From NCBI GenBank assembly GCA_040004535.1, contig JBDUAS010000004.1:9508-73507 (forward strand): DNA of 64,000 bases. Direction: 5' to 3'. Positions 1-10,884 of the stretch are shown here, piece after piece. This DNA comes from Deltaproteobacteria bacterium (GTDB taxonomy: Bacteria > Myxococcota_A > Polyangia > Haliangiales > Haliangiaceae). Below the pieces are notes generated by a model. It did not search any database and had not been told where the DNA came from. It saw only the letters and a list, made by a program, of their open reading frames with translations. The translations under genes were made by a program, and so were the position numbers. How positions within the stretch are numbered: position 1 is the first letter of the stretch; every line of letters starts with the position of its first letter.

Positions 1-66
1 ACGAGCCACCGCAAGTGCGCGATCTGACGAGGCATGTCCTCGAAAAACTGATATGCACAGCCCGCC

Positions 67-626
67 ATGCATCCGATTCTCGCGTTCCTCGCGTTCTGGA
101 GAGTGCTGTTCGGCGGCAAGAAGGTCCTGGCGATCCCGAGCGGCGAGCCGGCCGGTGGCGAGGAAAAGGTCGAGACCAAGGTCGTCGAGCGGGTGATCGA
201 GCGCGTGATCGAGAAGCCCGCGCCCAAGGCGAGCTCCGCAGCGAACCACCGCGAAGGTGCGCTCGCGCTGCTGGCACTGCTCCAGCGCGAAGGCCGGTTC
301 GTCGACTTCATCAGCGAGCAGATCGACAGCGCGGACGATGCGGATATCGGCGCGGCCGTGCGCGCGGTGCATCGCGGCTGCAAGAAGGTGTTCGATCAGA
401 TCCTGTCGCTCGAGCCCGTGATGCCGGGGGAAGAGGAGACCAAGGTGTCGGTGCCGAAAGGGTTCGACCCCGCGGAGATCCGGTTGATCGGTGAAGCAAA
501 GGGCGACGCACCGTACAAGGGCACGCTGCGCCATCACGGTTGGCGCGCGGTCGAGACCAAGCTGCCGTCGCTCGCCGAAGGCGTCGATCGCACCGTGATC
601 GCGCCCGCGGAAGTGGAGCTGTCCGC

Positions 627-630
<4 letters not shown>
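67..630 (+). CDS. DUF2760-like protein (187 aa), first gene of an atypical Hsp70 module
   Basis: ATG ORF with hydrophobic N-terminus MHPILAFLAFWRVLFGG. Its stop TGA (628-630) overlaps the GTG (627) of the downstream Hsp70 gene as GTGA. The family call is from memory of the DUF2760/Hsp70 gene neighbourhood and was not searched. Confidence 0.6.
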
Positions 631-2402
<1,772 letters not shown>

Positions 2403-2533
2403 CTGGTCCTACCCGGTCACGAGTATCTGGTCACGGCGAAGACAGCGCACTTCGAGCAGGCGTACTCCGACGACGACGGCAAGACGTGGGAGGTGAACTG
2501 GATCACCGACCAGACGCGCGTCGCCGATCAGTA
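2403..2533 (+). pseudogene. Possible C-terminal gene relic (43 codons, no start codon)
   Basis: Translates as LVLPGHEYLVTAKTAHFEQAYSDDDGKTWEVNWITDQTRVADQ* with coding-like GC3. It begins immediately after, and in frame with, the TAG stop of the Hsp70 gene. No ATG/GTG/TTG start is available. Confidence 0.25.
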
Positions 2534-3487
2534 GACCGGCATCGCTTGTTCGTAGAGGAGGCAGTGCGCGGTGTCGGCCAGCGTGACGCCATCGTCGAGG
2601 TGGTCCTTCGGGCCGCTCACGATCACGACGCCGATGTCGTCATCGGGGCAGCGGAACGCGAGCAGATACGCCTGCGACCCGTCCTCGTAGTAAGCACTGT
2701 ACAGAATCTTGTCGTTGCGCGTGGTGGGCTTGTCCCGCAGCGAGAGTCCAGCTTCGGCCACTGCGGGTCCGATAATGTCGGCGATCGCCTTGCCGTACTC
2801 GCGCCGCAACAGCCACGTCGTGACGCGTACGCCGGCGGCGTTCTCGAGCGCGAGCCCGCGCTCGTCGGGATCGACGCGCTTCCAGCCGGTGACGGCGTCG
2901 ACGACGACGTCGCGCCGTGCGAGATCGACGGTCTTGTCGGGCACGCACTCGAACGTGTGGGTCATCGATTCGAACAGCTTGCGATCGTCGTAGACCAGCA
3001 GGTGGATCCGGCGGCCGGCGCACGTGCTGTACGCGAGATAGATGTGGCGATCGCCGTCCTGGAGCTCGTAGGCACGCGCCGCTGCACCGGCGAGCTTGAA
3101 GTCGTGGGTCTGCTTGAACGCGAAGCCGAGGTGCTTCGCTGCGAAGTCCTGTGCGTGCTTGTCGGCTTCGGCCGGTGGCCATGCCGCACCGAGGTTCCAC
3201 GTGACCTCGAAGTTGTTGCCTACCATGCCGCCGGCGTTGTAGTCGCCTTGGTGCATCGGCTCCGCGGGAACCTCGACGGCGATGCCGCCGCGCTCGACGC
3301 GATGCGGTTGATCGCGCGCCTCGCTCGCAGCCTTGTACTCCTCGTGCCGGCGCTCCGCTTCATCCTGGTCGTGCGCGTCGCGAAAGTGGAGGTACAGGAT
3401 CACGAACAGCGAGAACAGCGAGCAGGTGATGCCGAACGCCTTCCACAGGCTCGGCCCGCGCCGCCGGTTGTCGAGGCTCTCGAACAC
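2528..3487 (-). CDS. Hypothetical membrane-anchored protein (319 aa)
   Basis: Single N-terminal TM segment (AFGITCSLFSLFVILYL) followed by a mixed-composition globular region. No motif recognised. GC looks lower than the surroundings on hand-counted lines (about 62-63 percent versus about 70 percent). Confidence 0.6.
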   Translation of the reverse strand: MFESLDNRRRGPSLWKAFGITCSLFSLFVILYLHFRDAHDQDEAERRHEEYKAASEARDQPHRVERGGIAVEVPAEPMHQGDYNAGGMVGNNFEVTWNLGAAWPPAEADKHAQDFAAKHLGFAFKQTHDFKLAGAAARAYELQDGDRHIYLAYSTCAGRRIHLLVYDDRKLFESMTHTFECVPDKTVDLARRDVVVDAVTGWKRVDPDERGLALENAAGVRVTTWLLRREYGKAIADIIGPAVAEAGLSLRDKPTTRNDKILYSAYYEDGSQAYLLAFRCPDDDIGVVIVSGPKDHLDDGVTLADTAHCLLYEQAMPVY

Positions 3488-3549
3488 GACGTGTTAGAGC
3501 GCGAACCCGGTGCGAAGTCGCGGGAAATCGTCCGTGCTAGGTTCGGCGC

Positions 3550-4020
3550 ATGCCGAGCGCACTCGACTCGATCGCTCACGTGATCCTGCCCAACCTCATG
3601 AAGCTGAAAGGCGCCTCGACGGTGGTCTCCGCGATGGAGCGTCGCGACGTCTCGATGTTCGCGAACGTCTGGCAGCAGACCGGCATCACGCACGCGCCGC
3701 AGGTGCTGTGCAAGGAGCGTAACGAGACCTGGCGGATCGGCGTGCTGTCGATGCCGCAGCCGACCGAGATGGGTGAGGCGTGGATGGTCGCGTTCGTCGC
3801 GAAGAAGAACGACGCGGCGATCACGTTCTACTTCACGCTCGAGTACGACTACGTGCTCGCGACCAAGTCGACGCGGACGATCCTGTGCGAGCGCGACGGC
3901 GTGAAGTTCACCAAGCGCGGTGAAGGCCCACCGATCACCGGCGACTTCGCGACCGATGCGAGCGCACTGGTCGAGGCGATCATGGCGCGGATCTCGCCGA
4001 TCTCGACGCCGCGGGACTAA
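3550..4020 (+). CDS. Hypothetical cytoplasmic protein (156 aa)
   Basis: ATG ORF with balanced amino-acid composition. Divergent from 2528-3487 across a 62-bp spacer. No recognisable motif. Confidence 0.5.
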   Translation: MPSALDSIAHVILPNLMKLKGASTVVSAMERRDVSMFANVWQQTGITHAPQVLCKERNETWRIGVLSMPQPTEMGEAWMVAFVAKKNDAAITFYFTLEYDYVLATKSTRTILCERDGVKFTKRGEGPPITGDFATDASALVEAIMARISPISTPRD

Positions 4021-4751
4021 TTCGGCTCGTTCAGCACGAACTCGATCTTGAACCCGCGGATCCGCACGGCGACGGGCTTGCCGTCTTTCTCGCCGGGCGT
4101 GAAGCGACATGCCACCAGCGCGCGCTTCGCGGCCTCGCTGAGCCCCTGCCCTAGCCCCTGGACGACCGAGATATCGCGCGCGCGGCCCTTCTCGTCGACG
4201 GTCAGATCGAGGACGACGGTACCCTCGAGCCCCGCCGCGCGCGCTTCGTCGGTGTACTTGCCGAAGCACCGGCCCTGCGGCAACGGCAGCTTCGTCGCTT
4301 CGTACGCGGCGACCGGAGGCGGCAAGGGCCTCGGCGCGGCGGTCGCGGCGCTGCCGGCCGATGGCGAGAGCGTGTTGCCGACCGAGACCGCGTTGCCGCC
4401 TTGCTGCGACGTCGACTCCATCGTCACGCCGAACACGGGAGCCTCTCCGGTATCGGTGGTCTGCACCGCGGGATGATCCGGCGGCGGCGCATCCTTCGAG
4501 ACCGGTGCGACGAGCGGTGAGTGGACCGGGCGCGCCTTCGGGAGGTCGGCGGTCTTCGGCGTCGGCTCCTGCGGCTTTGGCTCGGGTGGCTTCTCGGGCT
4601 CCTTCGGAGGTTCGGGCTCGATCACGCGCACCGACACTTGCTGCGGTAGCGGTGGATCGACGTGCTTCGGCAAATGCTGGAGGCCCCGTTCGATCGCGAA
4701 GTGCGCGAACACGGAGACCACCAGACAGATGCCGAGCTTCTCGTCGATCAC
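4017..4751 (-). CDS. tonB: Energy transducer TonB (244 aa)
   Basis: N-terminal TM segment, Pro-rich spacer (EPEPPKEPEKPPEPKPQEP) and a TonB C-terminal fold (EGTVVLDLTVDEKGRARDISVVQGLGQGLSEAAKRALVACRFTPGEKDGKPV). The GTG start overlaps the exbD stop (GTGA at 4751-4748). Confidence 0.8.
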   Translation of the reverse strand: MIDEKLGICLVVSVFAHFAIERGLQHLPKHVDPPLPQQVSVRVIEPEPPKEPEKPPEPKPQEPTPKTADLPKARPVHSPLVAPVSKDAPPPDHPAVQTTDTGEAPVFGVTMESTSQQGGNAVSVGNTLSPSAGSAATAAPRPLPPPVAAYEATKLPLPQGRCFGKYTDEARAAGLEGTVVLDLTVDEKGRARDISVVQGLGQGLSEAAKRALVACRFTPGEKDGKPVAVRIRGFKIEFVLNEPN

Positions 4752-5173
4752 GTCGGGGGCACCACGTTGCTAGGATCGATCTGGATCGCGAACGACGTCA
4801 CGCCAAGTGTTTTTACGAGGTCGAGCACCCACACCACGCGGCCGTGCGACACCGCCTTGTCGCCCGAGATGATCGCCTGGGTCTTGGGATCCTTCGCGAC
4901 CGCGTCCGCGACCGCCGCGCGTAGGGCCTCGGGCGTGGTCGGCTTCTCGTTCAAGTACAGCTTGCCCTCGCGGGTGAGCACGATCGCGAGCGTCGTCGGC
5001 TTGAGCGTCGTCGACTGGCTGGCGCGCGGGAGCTCGACCTCGATCGCTTGCTTCGCGATCAAGTGCGCCGTCAGCATGAAGATGATCAGCAGCACCAACA
5101 TGATATCGACGAGCGGCGTCACGTTGATCTCGGCGATGATGCCGCCGCGGCGGCGAATGTTCCCGCTCGCCAT
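4748..5173 (-). CDS. exbD: Biopolymer transport protein ExbD/TolR (141 aa)
   Basis: Internal ATG of the long 4748-6091 ORF. Signature INVTPLVDIMLVLLIIFM is present. The start shares 1 nt with the exbB stop (TGATG). Confidence 0.9.
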   Translation of the reverse strand: MASGNIRRRGGIIAEINVTPLVDIMLVLLIIFMLTAHLIAKQAIEVELPRASQSTTLKPTTLAIVLTREGKLYLNEKPTTPEALRAAVADAVAKDPKTQAIISGDKAVSHGRVVWVLDLVKTLGVTSFAIQIDPSNVVPPT

Positions 5174-5814
5174 CAGGTCGCCTTCGTCTTCTTCAAGAAC
5201 GCGAGGACTTCGTGCGCGGCGGCATCCGCGGCGTTCGCGGAGGCCTCGACGTGGCGAGTGAACGCGTTGTACGCGGCGACCGCCGGCAGTGCGACGAGGA
5301 GGCCCACGCCGGTCGCGACGAGCGCCTCGGCGATGCCCGACATCACGGCCGAGGTGCCCTGGAGCGTCGAGCTCGAGAGATCGTGGAACGCGCGGATGAT
5401 GCCGAGCACCGTGCCGAACAGACCGATGAACGGCGCGTTGTTGCCGAGCGTGCCGAGGAATGCGAGCCGCTTCTCGTAGCGCTGGCGCTCGAGCTCGACG
5501 ATCGCCGCGCGATGCTCGTCGACGGCCTCGGCGCCTTCGGCCGCGCGCGAGATGCACGAGCGCAACACGATGGCTTCCATCGAGCGCGCCCCGGCGAGCG
5601 CCTTCAACGCCGCCTCGGGCGAGTCCTTCTGGAGCGCGGCGACCGCCTTCGCGAGCTGCTGCTCGGGCCGGCGCTCCTGGATGAAGAACCACAACCGCTC
5701 GATCATCACCGCGAGTGCGCCGAGCGACAGCGCGATCAGCAGCCACAGCACCCAGCGCGAGCCCGCGCGAAGCATCAAATCCAGGATCTCGGCATCGATC
5801 GTACTGTCTTGCAT
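5173..5814 (-). CDS. exbB: MotA/TolQ/ExbB proton channel protein (213 aa)
   Basis: Signature GTLGNNAPFIGLFGTVLGIIRAF and three TM segments. ATG at 5814 is preceded by GGAG. Confidence 0.9.
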   Translation of the reverse strand: MQDSTIDAEILDLMLRAGSRWVLWLLIALSLGALAVMIERLWFFIQERRPEQQLAKAVAALQKDSPEAALKALAGARSMEAIVLRSCISRAAEGAEAVDEHRAAIVELERQRYEKRLAFLGTLGNNAPFIGLFGTVLGIIRAFHDLSSSTLQGTSAVMSGIAEALVATGVGLLVALPAVAAYNAFTRHVEASANAADAAAHEVLAFLKKTKAT

Positions 5815-5822
5815 AGCTCTCC

Positions 5823-8408
5823 TTAGAACCGGCCGCGAAAGCCGACCGTCGGCAACACGTAGCGAATCGTCTGGCCCGGCGTGATCTCCTCGGGCAGGAG
5901 CGCGACGTTCGTGATGTCGACGTAGAAGTCGAGCAACCACGAGCGATACACGGCGCGCTTGTCGACGCGGATGTCGAACCGGACATAGCCATCCTTGCGC
6001 GCGGTGTTGTAGCCGTACGTCGTGGTCGCGGGCTCACCGCTCTCGTACTGCGCGCGCAGCCCGAGGTCCCAGTTGCGGCGCAGGGGTACACCGAGCACGA
6101 GGTTGAGCAGGTGCGTGCGATCGTAGTCGTACGGCGCGACCACGCCGTTGCGATCGCGCTCCGAGCGCGACAGCGTGTACGAGATCCACCCGAACACGCC
6201 GTTCTGGGCTTGCCGGCGCAGCAAGAGCTCGAGGCCGTACGCGCGCCCGGTCTGCGGCGTGGTCAGGCGATCGATGAACATCTGCCCAGGGTCGGGCATG
6301 TTGATGATCGACGTCGGGATCAACGTCGAGTTCGCGCCGGTGCCGAGCGTCGCCGCGTTCGTCGACAGATCGAAGATCGTCGGGTTCATGTAGTTGTAGA
6401 ACGCCTCGGTCGACAGCGTGAACCGCGCGCCGAGCGGCACTTCCGCACCGAGGCTCGACTGCCACGCCTCGAGGAGGCCGTACTTCAGCGGCATCATGTC
6501 GAGGCCGGGCAGCGGCACGACGAAGCGCGGCGGCTGGTGATAGAGGCCGGTCGCGCCCTTGAGCCAGACCGCGGCGTCGTCGGAGCCCGGCGCGACATCC
6601 GGGAGGTCGCGCTCGCCGAGCTTGTAGCGCACGGTCAGCCGCGGATCGAACGCGGGCTTCGTCGCGGTGTTGTCGTGATAGATGTCGCCGCGTACGCCAG
6701 GCCGGATCAACCAGAGTGGCGACGGCCGCCAGATGCCCTCGAAGTAGACCGATCCGGTCTGCGAGCTCGACAGCGCGCTCGTGATCGCCGCGAGCGAGCC
6801 AGCGGCGGCGTTCGTGTTCGCGCCTGGATGGAGCAAGCGGAGGTCGCCGGTGATGCCGGCTTGCAGCGCGAGCGTCTTGTCGACCTCGAGCCGGCCCTTG
6901 AGCTCGGGATCTGCGGACCAGATCGTGAAGTCGGTGCCCATCGACTCGGTGCGGTCGTAGCCGCCGACGATTCGCGCCGTCGTGTCGAGCTCGCCGAACG
7001 TGCGGTGGTAGCGCAGGTCGACGCGGTGAAAGCCGAGGATCAGCTGCGGCGACAGCGGCGGGTTCGGATCGTTCGGATTGGCATTCGCGGCGACGCCGTC
7101 GAGCTCGTCGCGCGCGCCGTACGAGAACACCGTCCAGCCGTTCGCTTTCGTGCCGCCGTCGATGCGGAGCTGGTAGTCCCAGTACGACAGCGACGCCTGG
7201 TTCGTCGCGAGCGACAGCAAGAACCCAGGAAAGCCGTAGCGCGCGGCGGCAGTGGCCGAGATGTCCTTCGTCAGTGGCTCGCGGATGAGACCGCCGACCT
7301 GGAGCAAGTTGAGATCGACATCGATCAGGTGCTCGTCCTTGTTCGCGCGCCGCGTGAGGCCGTCGATGATGCCGGCGGTGTAGCCACCGTACGGTGCCGG
7401 CGCGCCGCCCGGATAGAACTGGATCTCGTCGATGAACTCCGGGTGGATCACGCTCGGGCCGGAGAGCAAGTGGAACAACAGCGGCACGCGCGTGCCATCG
7501 ATCTCGAAGCCGGTCGAGCTCGGCGAAGCACCGCGCACGACCGGGAACGGCAGCAGCGACACGACCGATGCGACGCCGGGCAGCGCCTGGATCACGCGGA
7601 ACGGATCGCCGAACGTGCCCGGCACTTGCTGGAGCTCGGGGCCGCGCAGCGTGATCCGCGAGACTTCTTCGCGGCGTTGTTCGCCGACGACGGTGATCGA
7701 GTACGGGTCGTAGCGGTCGCGCGACACGAGGTACGTGACGGCGAGCTCTTGCGCCTTCGAGAGCTGCTCCTGTTGCTCGAACGGTTCGTGCGACGGCGCG
7801 TACACCGTGATCTTCGCGGCGCCCGGCGCGAGCGCCAGCCGGAAGTGCCCGGTTTGATCGCCCTCGGCGGTGTACGTCGTGCCGTCGACGACCGCGGTGA
7901 TCGTCGCGCTCGTCACCGGCTTGCGCGTACCGAGCTCGACCAGCTTGCCGCGTAGCACCGCGGTCGCCTTGCTCTCGGGTGTGGTGACGGTAGGCGGCGG
8001 CGGTGTCTTCGGCACGAACGTGTGCGTGAACGTGATCTCGACCTTGACCGGCTTGCCGCCGAACGTCGCGGGCTCGAACGTGAACGCTTTCACCGCGGCG
8101 ATCACCGCGTCGTCGAAGATCGGTTGCGGCGCGGACACCAGATCGACCTTCGCGACCGCGCCGGTCTCGTCGACGAGCAGCTTGACGGTGACCGCGACCG
8201 GCGCCGTGATCGCGGGTGCGGTGTCGGGATACGCGACGTCGGTCGAGCCCTTCGCGACCGGCGCTTGAAAGCTTTGGGGGGGCGACGCATCGGTGGCCGC
8301 ATCGGTCGGCGCGTCGACGCCCGCGTCCGTCGGGGGAGTCTGGGCGAACGCGAGCGCGCGCAACAGCGCGAGGACGACGATGACCCTCAGCGCCACGCGA
8401 TGCCCCAT
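5823..8408 (-). CDS. TonB-dependent receptor with N-terminal TonB_C-like and carboxypeptidase-regulatory-like domains (861 aa)
   Basis: Signal peptide MGHRVALRVIVVLALLRALAFAQ. A TonB_C-like module follows (VAVTVKLLVDETGAVAKVDLVSAPQPIFDDAVIAAVKAFTFEPATFGGKPV), then a CarboxypepD_reg-like module (AVLRGKLVELGTRKPVTSATITAVVDGTTYTAEGDQTGHFRL). The plug motif is FGDPFRVIQALPGV...VVRGASP, and the barrel ends in GFRGRF. Confidence 0.85.
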   Translation of the reverse strand: MGHRVALRVIVVLALLRALAFAQTPPTDAGVDAPTDAATDASPPQSFQAPVAKGSTDVAYPDTAPAITAPVAVTVKLLVDETGAVAKVDLVSAPQPIFDDAVIAAVKAFTFEPATFGGKPVKVEITFTHTFVPKTPPPPTVTTPESKATAVLRGKLVELGTRKPVTSATITAVVDGTTYTAEGDQTGHFRLALAPGAAKITVYAPSHEPFEQQEQLSKAQELAVTYLVSRDRYDPYSITVVGEQRREEVSRITLRGPELQQVPGTFGDPFRVIQALPGVASVVSLLPFPVVRGASPSSTGFEIDGTRVPLLFHLLSGPSVIHPEFIDEIQFYPGGAPAPYGGYTAGIIDGLTRRANKDEHLIDVDLNLLQVGGLIREPLTKDISATAAARYGFPGFLLSLATNQASLSYWDYQLRIDGGTKANGWTVFSYGARDELDGVAANANPNDPNPPLSPQLILGFHRVDLRYHRTFGELDTTARIVGGYDRTESMGTDFTIWSADPELKGRLEVDKTLALQAGITGDLRLLHPGANTNAAAGSLAAITSALSSSQTGSVYFEGIWRPSPLWLIRPGVRGDIYHDNTATKPAFDPRLTVRYKLGERDLPDVAPGSDDAAVWLKGATGLYHQPPRFVVPLPGLDMMPLKYGLLEAWQSSLGAEVPLGARFTLSTEAFYNYMNPTIFDLSTNAATLGTGANSTLIPTSIINMPDPGQMFIDRLTTPQTGRAYGLELLLRRQAQNGVFGWISYTLSRSERDRNGVVAPYDYDRTHLLNLVLGVPLRRNWDLGLRAQYESGEPATTTYGYNTARKDGYVRFDIRVDKRAVYRSWLLDFYVDITNVALLPEEITPGQTIRYVLPTVGFRGRF

Positions 8409-9130
8409 GCGAGGGTGACACCGTAGTGCTCCCAGAACTGGCGGCGCTCGATCGGCTGCGCGGTATCCGCCTCGACCGCGCCGCTGCGCTCGACGCACCT
8501 CGTGTACTGGCCGTCGAGCTCGAGGGACAGCGACGTCTGCGCGCGCGGCCCGAGCACCCACGCGTAGTCCGCGCGCGCGAGCCCCGCAACGCCGACACCG
8601 CTGCAGCTCTGGAGCGGCATGTGCGCGTTCGGGAACGTGTAGCTGGTGTCGGTTTGCGGCGGAATCGGATCGACGCGCTGGGTCCGGCCCTCGACGATGC
8701 CGCCGAAGCCGACGCCGATCGCGAGCGAGAAGCTCGGGGTCACGTGCCAGGTCGGATCGAGCGTGCCGGCGAACCGGAGCCCCGACAGCCCGTTGTTCGC
8801 CCCCGACACCGACGCGTACTGGAACGAGGTGATCAGCGACCAGTCGGCATCGAGCCGCAGCCCCGCGTGGAGCTGTGCGCCGAGCAAGCGCCCGCTCGGT
8901 GCGCCGCGCATGCCCTCGAACCGGCCGTAGACGAGGCCGAGACCGAGCCTGAATCCCGAGCGCTGCCACGCGACGCGATCGGCCTCGGTCGGCAGCGACA
9001 GCTTCGGTGTGCCATCGTCATCGTCGGACTTCTTCGTGATCGGCGACGTCGTCGTACCGCGCTCGGTCGTCTGTGCCTGTGCCGCGGTGGTCGCGAGCGC
9101 GAGCACCGTGACGATGATCAGGGCCCGCAT
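8387..9130 (-). CDS. Secreted beta-barrel-like outer-membrane protein (247 aa)
   Basis: Signal peptide MRALIIVTVLALATTAAQAQ, alternating hydrophobic beta-strand pattern, and C-terminus LAWGIAWR. Overlaps the receptor start by 22 nt. Confidence 0.55.
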   Translation of the reverse strand: MRALIIVTVLALATTAAQAQTTERGTTTSPITKKSDDDDGTPKLSLPTEADRVAWQRSGFRLGLGLVYGRFEGMRGAPSGRLLGAQLHAGLRLDADWSLITSFQYASVSGANNGLSGLRFAGTLDPTWHVTPSFSLAIGVGFGGIVEGRTQRVDPIPPQTDTSYTFPNAHMPLQSCSGVGVAGLARADYAWVLGPRAQTSLSLELDGQYTRCVERSGAVEADTAQPIERRQFWEHYGVTLAWGIAWR

Positions 9131-10224
9131 GGCCACCAGTCGGGAGGAGCAGTGCTGTGATCCCAGTCCGGGCTGCCGCAGTCGGCCGACTCGCGGCATC
9201 CCTTCAGCACGTAGTGCGAGATGCCGACGCATTTGTCCTCGGTGCGGCCGCTGACGACGAGCTCGACGGTGTCCGACGGCGCGCCAAAGCTCGGCAGATG
9301 CACGCACGCCGTGACGCGATCCGTGAAGTCCGGCGTCGGCTCGGTCGGATCTGGTTCGAGATAGCGCACGCTCGAATCGCTCGTGCGTTCCGTGCAGCCG
9401 AGCTCTTTCACGCTCTCGAGGGACGGCATCTGTAAGGGCACCTGGATCGTCGTCGCAGACAGCGCCGTCTCGGCACAGCTCGCGGGGTCTTCTTTGGGCA
9501 GCGTTCCGGCGATCGTCGCGTCGATCGCGGCCTGTGCGGTGAACCCGCCTGCCGCGAGCATCGAGAACCCGAGCGGCGGTTCGCCGCAACCCGCGCGCGG
9601 GTAGAACGCAGCGACCGGACTGAACGAGCCCTCGCGATACGCGACCCGCTGATCGGCCTGCGTCATCGCGACGAAACTGGCCCCGTACACGACGTCGCGC
9701 GTCTCGGTGCCCGGATCGTTACCACTGCCGCTACCCATGCCCATGCCGTTGCCGGGGATGCGATTCGGGCGCGCGAGGTTCAGGGTACCGTTGTGATCGC
9801 GATCGTCGTACACGATCAGCGATGCGTAACCGATACGCGCGGTGACATCGCCGATCAACAGGTCCGCGCTCGGCAACGAGATCAGCGGTAGCGTCGTCGG
9901 CACGCCGACATCGGCGGCGACGTTCCCGTCGACGCGCGCGGGTACGAACCCGAACGGATCGCGACACCCCGCGGCGAGCAGCGTGGTCGCATCCATGTTC
10001 TCCGGCGGCAAGATGCACAGCGCCTCGACGAGCCACTGGCCGCCCCACACCATCGCGACCTCGAGATCGGCGTCGCCGGGTAACAGCGTCGGATCGCCCG
10101 TGACCTCGAGCTGCACGGTCGCGTACGCGGGGATCGGGCCGCCGAAATTTTTGAGGTCGTCGCACGCGACGAGGGCCGCGAGCGCACCGGATCCCGCGAT
10201 CGCGAGCAATCTCAGGGCCGCCAT
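9118..10224 (-). CDS. Lipoprotein, unknown function (368 aa)
   Basis: Lipobox ALAALVAC, and multiple Cys pairs in the C-terminal part. Overlaps both neighbouring genes by 13 nt. Confidence 0.65.
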   Translation of the reverse strand: MAALRLLAIAGSGALAALVACDDLKNFGGPIPAYATVQLEVTGDPTLLPGDADLEVAMVWGGQWLVEALCILPPENMDATTLLAAGCRDPFGFVPARVDGNVAADVGVPTTLPLISLPSADLLIGDVTARIGYASLIVYDDRDHNGTLNLARPNRIPGNGMGMGSGSGNDPGTETRDVVYGASFVAMTQADQRVAYREGSFSPVAAFYPRAGCGEPPLGFSMLAAGGFTAQAAIDATIAGTLPKEDPASCAETALSATTIQVPLQMPSLESVKELGCTERTSDSSVRYLEPDPTEPTPDFTDRVTACVHLPSFGAPSDTVELVVSGRTEDKCVGISHYVLKGCRESADCGSPDWDHSTAPPDWWPCGP

Positions 10225-10805
10225 GCGACCCCCATCTGCGTGATCCAGCCGCCATGCGCGCCGCTATCGATCGCGAGGGTCGGCCCGGCACTCGCGTCGA
10301 CCAGCCACGTGCCGGCGATCTTCAGCGACACGACAAGCTCGAGCTCGCCGGCCGGTACTGCTCGCAACGCGTGTTGTTGCTGTGGCGTATCGGAGTTGGG
10401 ATCGCGCATGCCCTGCTGGAGGTCGCGAACCTCGTGAACGATCGTCGGGCCGGCGCCGAGCCGCAGCGCGATGGCGCCCCGCCCCGCTTCGTGGAGAATC
10501 GCACCAGTGACGCGAAATCGAAAGTCGTCCTGGGTGACGATCCAGCTCTCGCTGTCCTCGGTCACCCGGCTCCACGCGATCCGCGCGCCATACGAAAACA
10601 TGCAACCACAGCGCCGCGTGAGGCCTGCACCGATCCCCGTCGACAAGCCCACCGGGAGCGAGGTCGGTTTCGCCGCCACGATCCCGAGGTCGCCGGCGAA
10701 TTCGCCGCCAGGTTCGGTGTCGAAGCTGTGATCGTCGAGGAGGCGCCCTGGATCCGCGGCGGCAAACGCCGGCATCAGCAAAATCACCAGCGCAAACCAG
10801 CGCAT
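10212..10805 (-). CDS. Secreted beta-barrel-like protein (197 aa)
   Basis: Signal peptide MRWFALVILLMPAFAAA, beta-strand pattern, and C-terminus MGVAWRP resembling that of the 8387-9130 product. Appears to be the first gene of the 7-gene minus-strand operon. Confidence 0.55.
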   Translation of the reverse strand: MRWFALVILLMPAFAAADPGRLLDDHSFDTEPGGEFAGDLGIVAAKPTSLPVGLSTGIGAGLTRRCGCMFSYGARIAWSRVTEDSESWIVTQDDFRFRVTGAILHEAGRGAIALRLGAGPTIVHEVRDLQQGMRDPNSDTPQQQHALRAVPAGELELVVSLKIAGTWLVDASAGPTLAIDSGAHGGWITQMGVAWRP

Positions 10806-10884
10806 GCTGTGTTGTGTGCCCGCAAGGTCGCTATACCTTCGCGAGAATGCTGTGAAGGATCGCCGAAGCAGCGGAAACTCACCC

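Noticed and set aside
3488-3549. GAACCC ... CGTC in the divergent spacer, as a possible ECF promoter
   Set aside because: The spacer between the AAC and CGTC elements is about 22 nt, too long for ECF promoters. There is no TCTCA element at N16.
6034-8598. 854-aa minus-strand ORF overlapping the TonB-dependent receptor in another frame
   Set aside because: Its composition is Arg-rich junk. The receptor frame carries plug and barrel motifs and a signal peptide.
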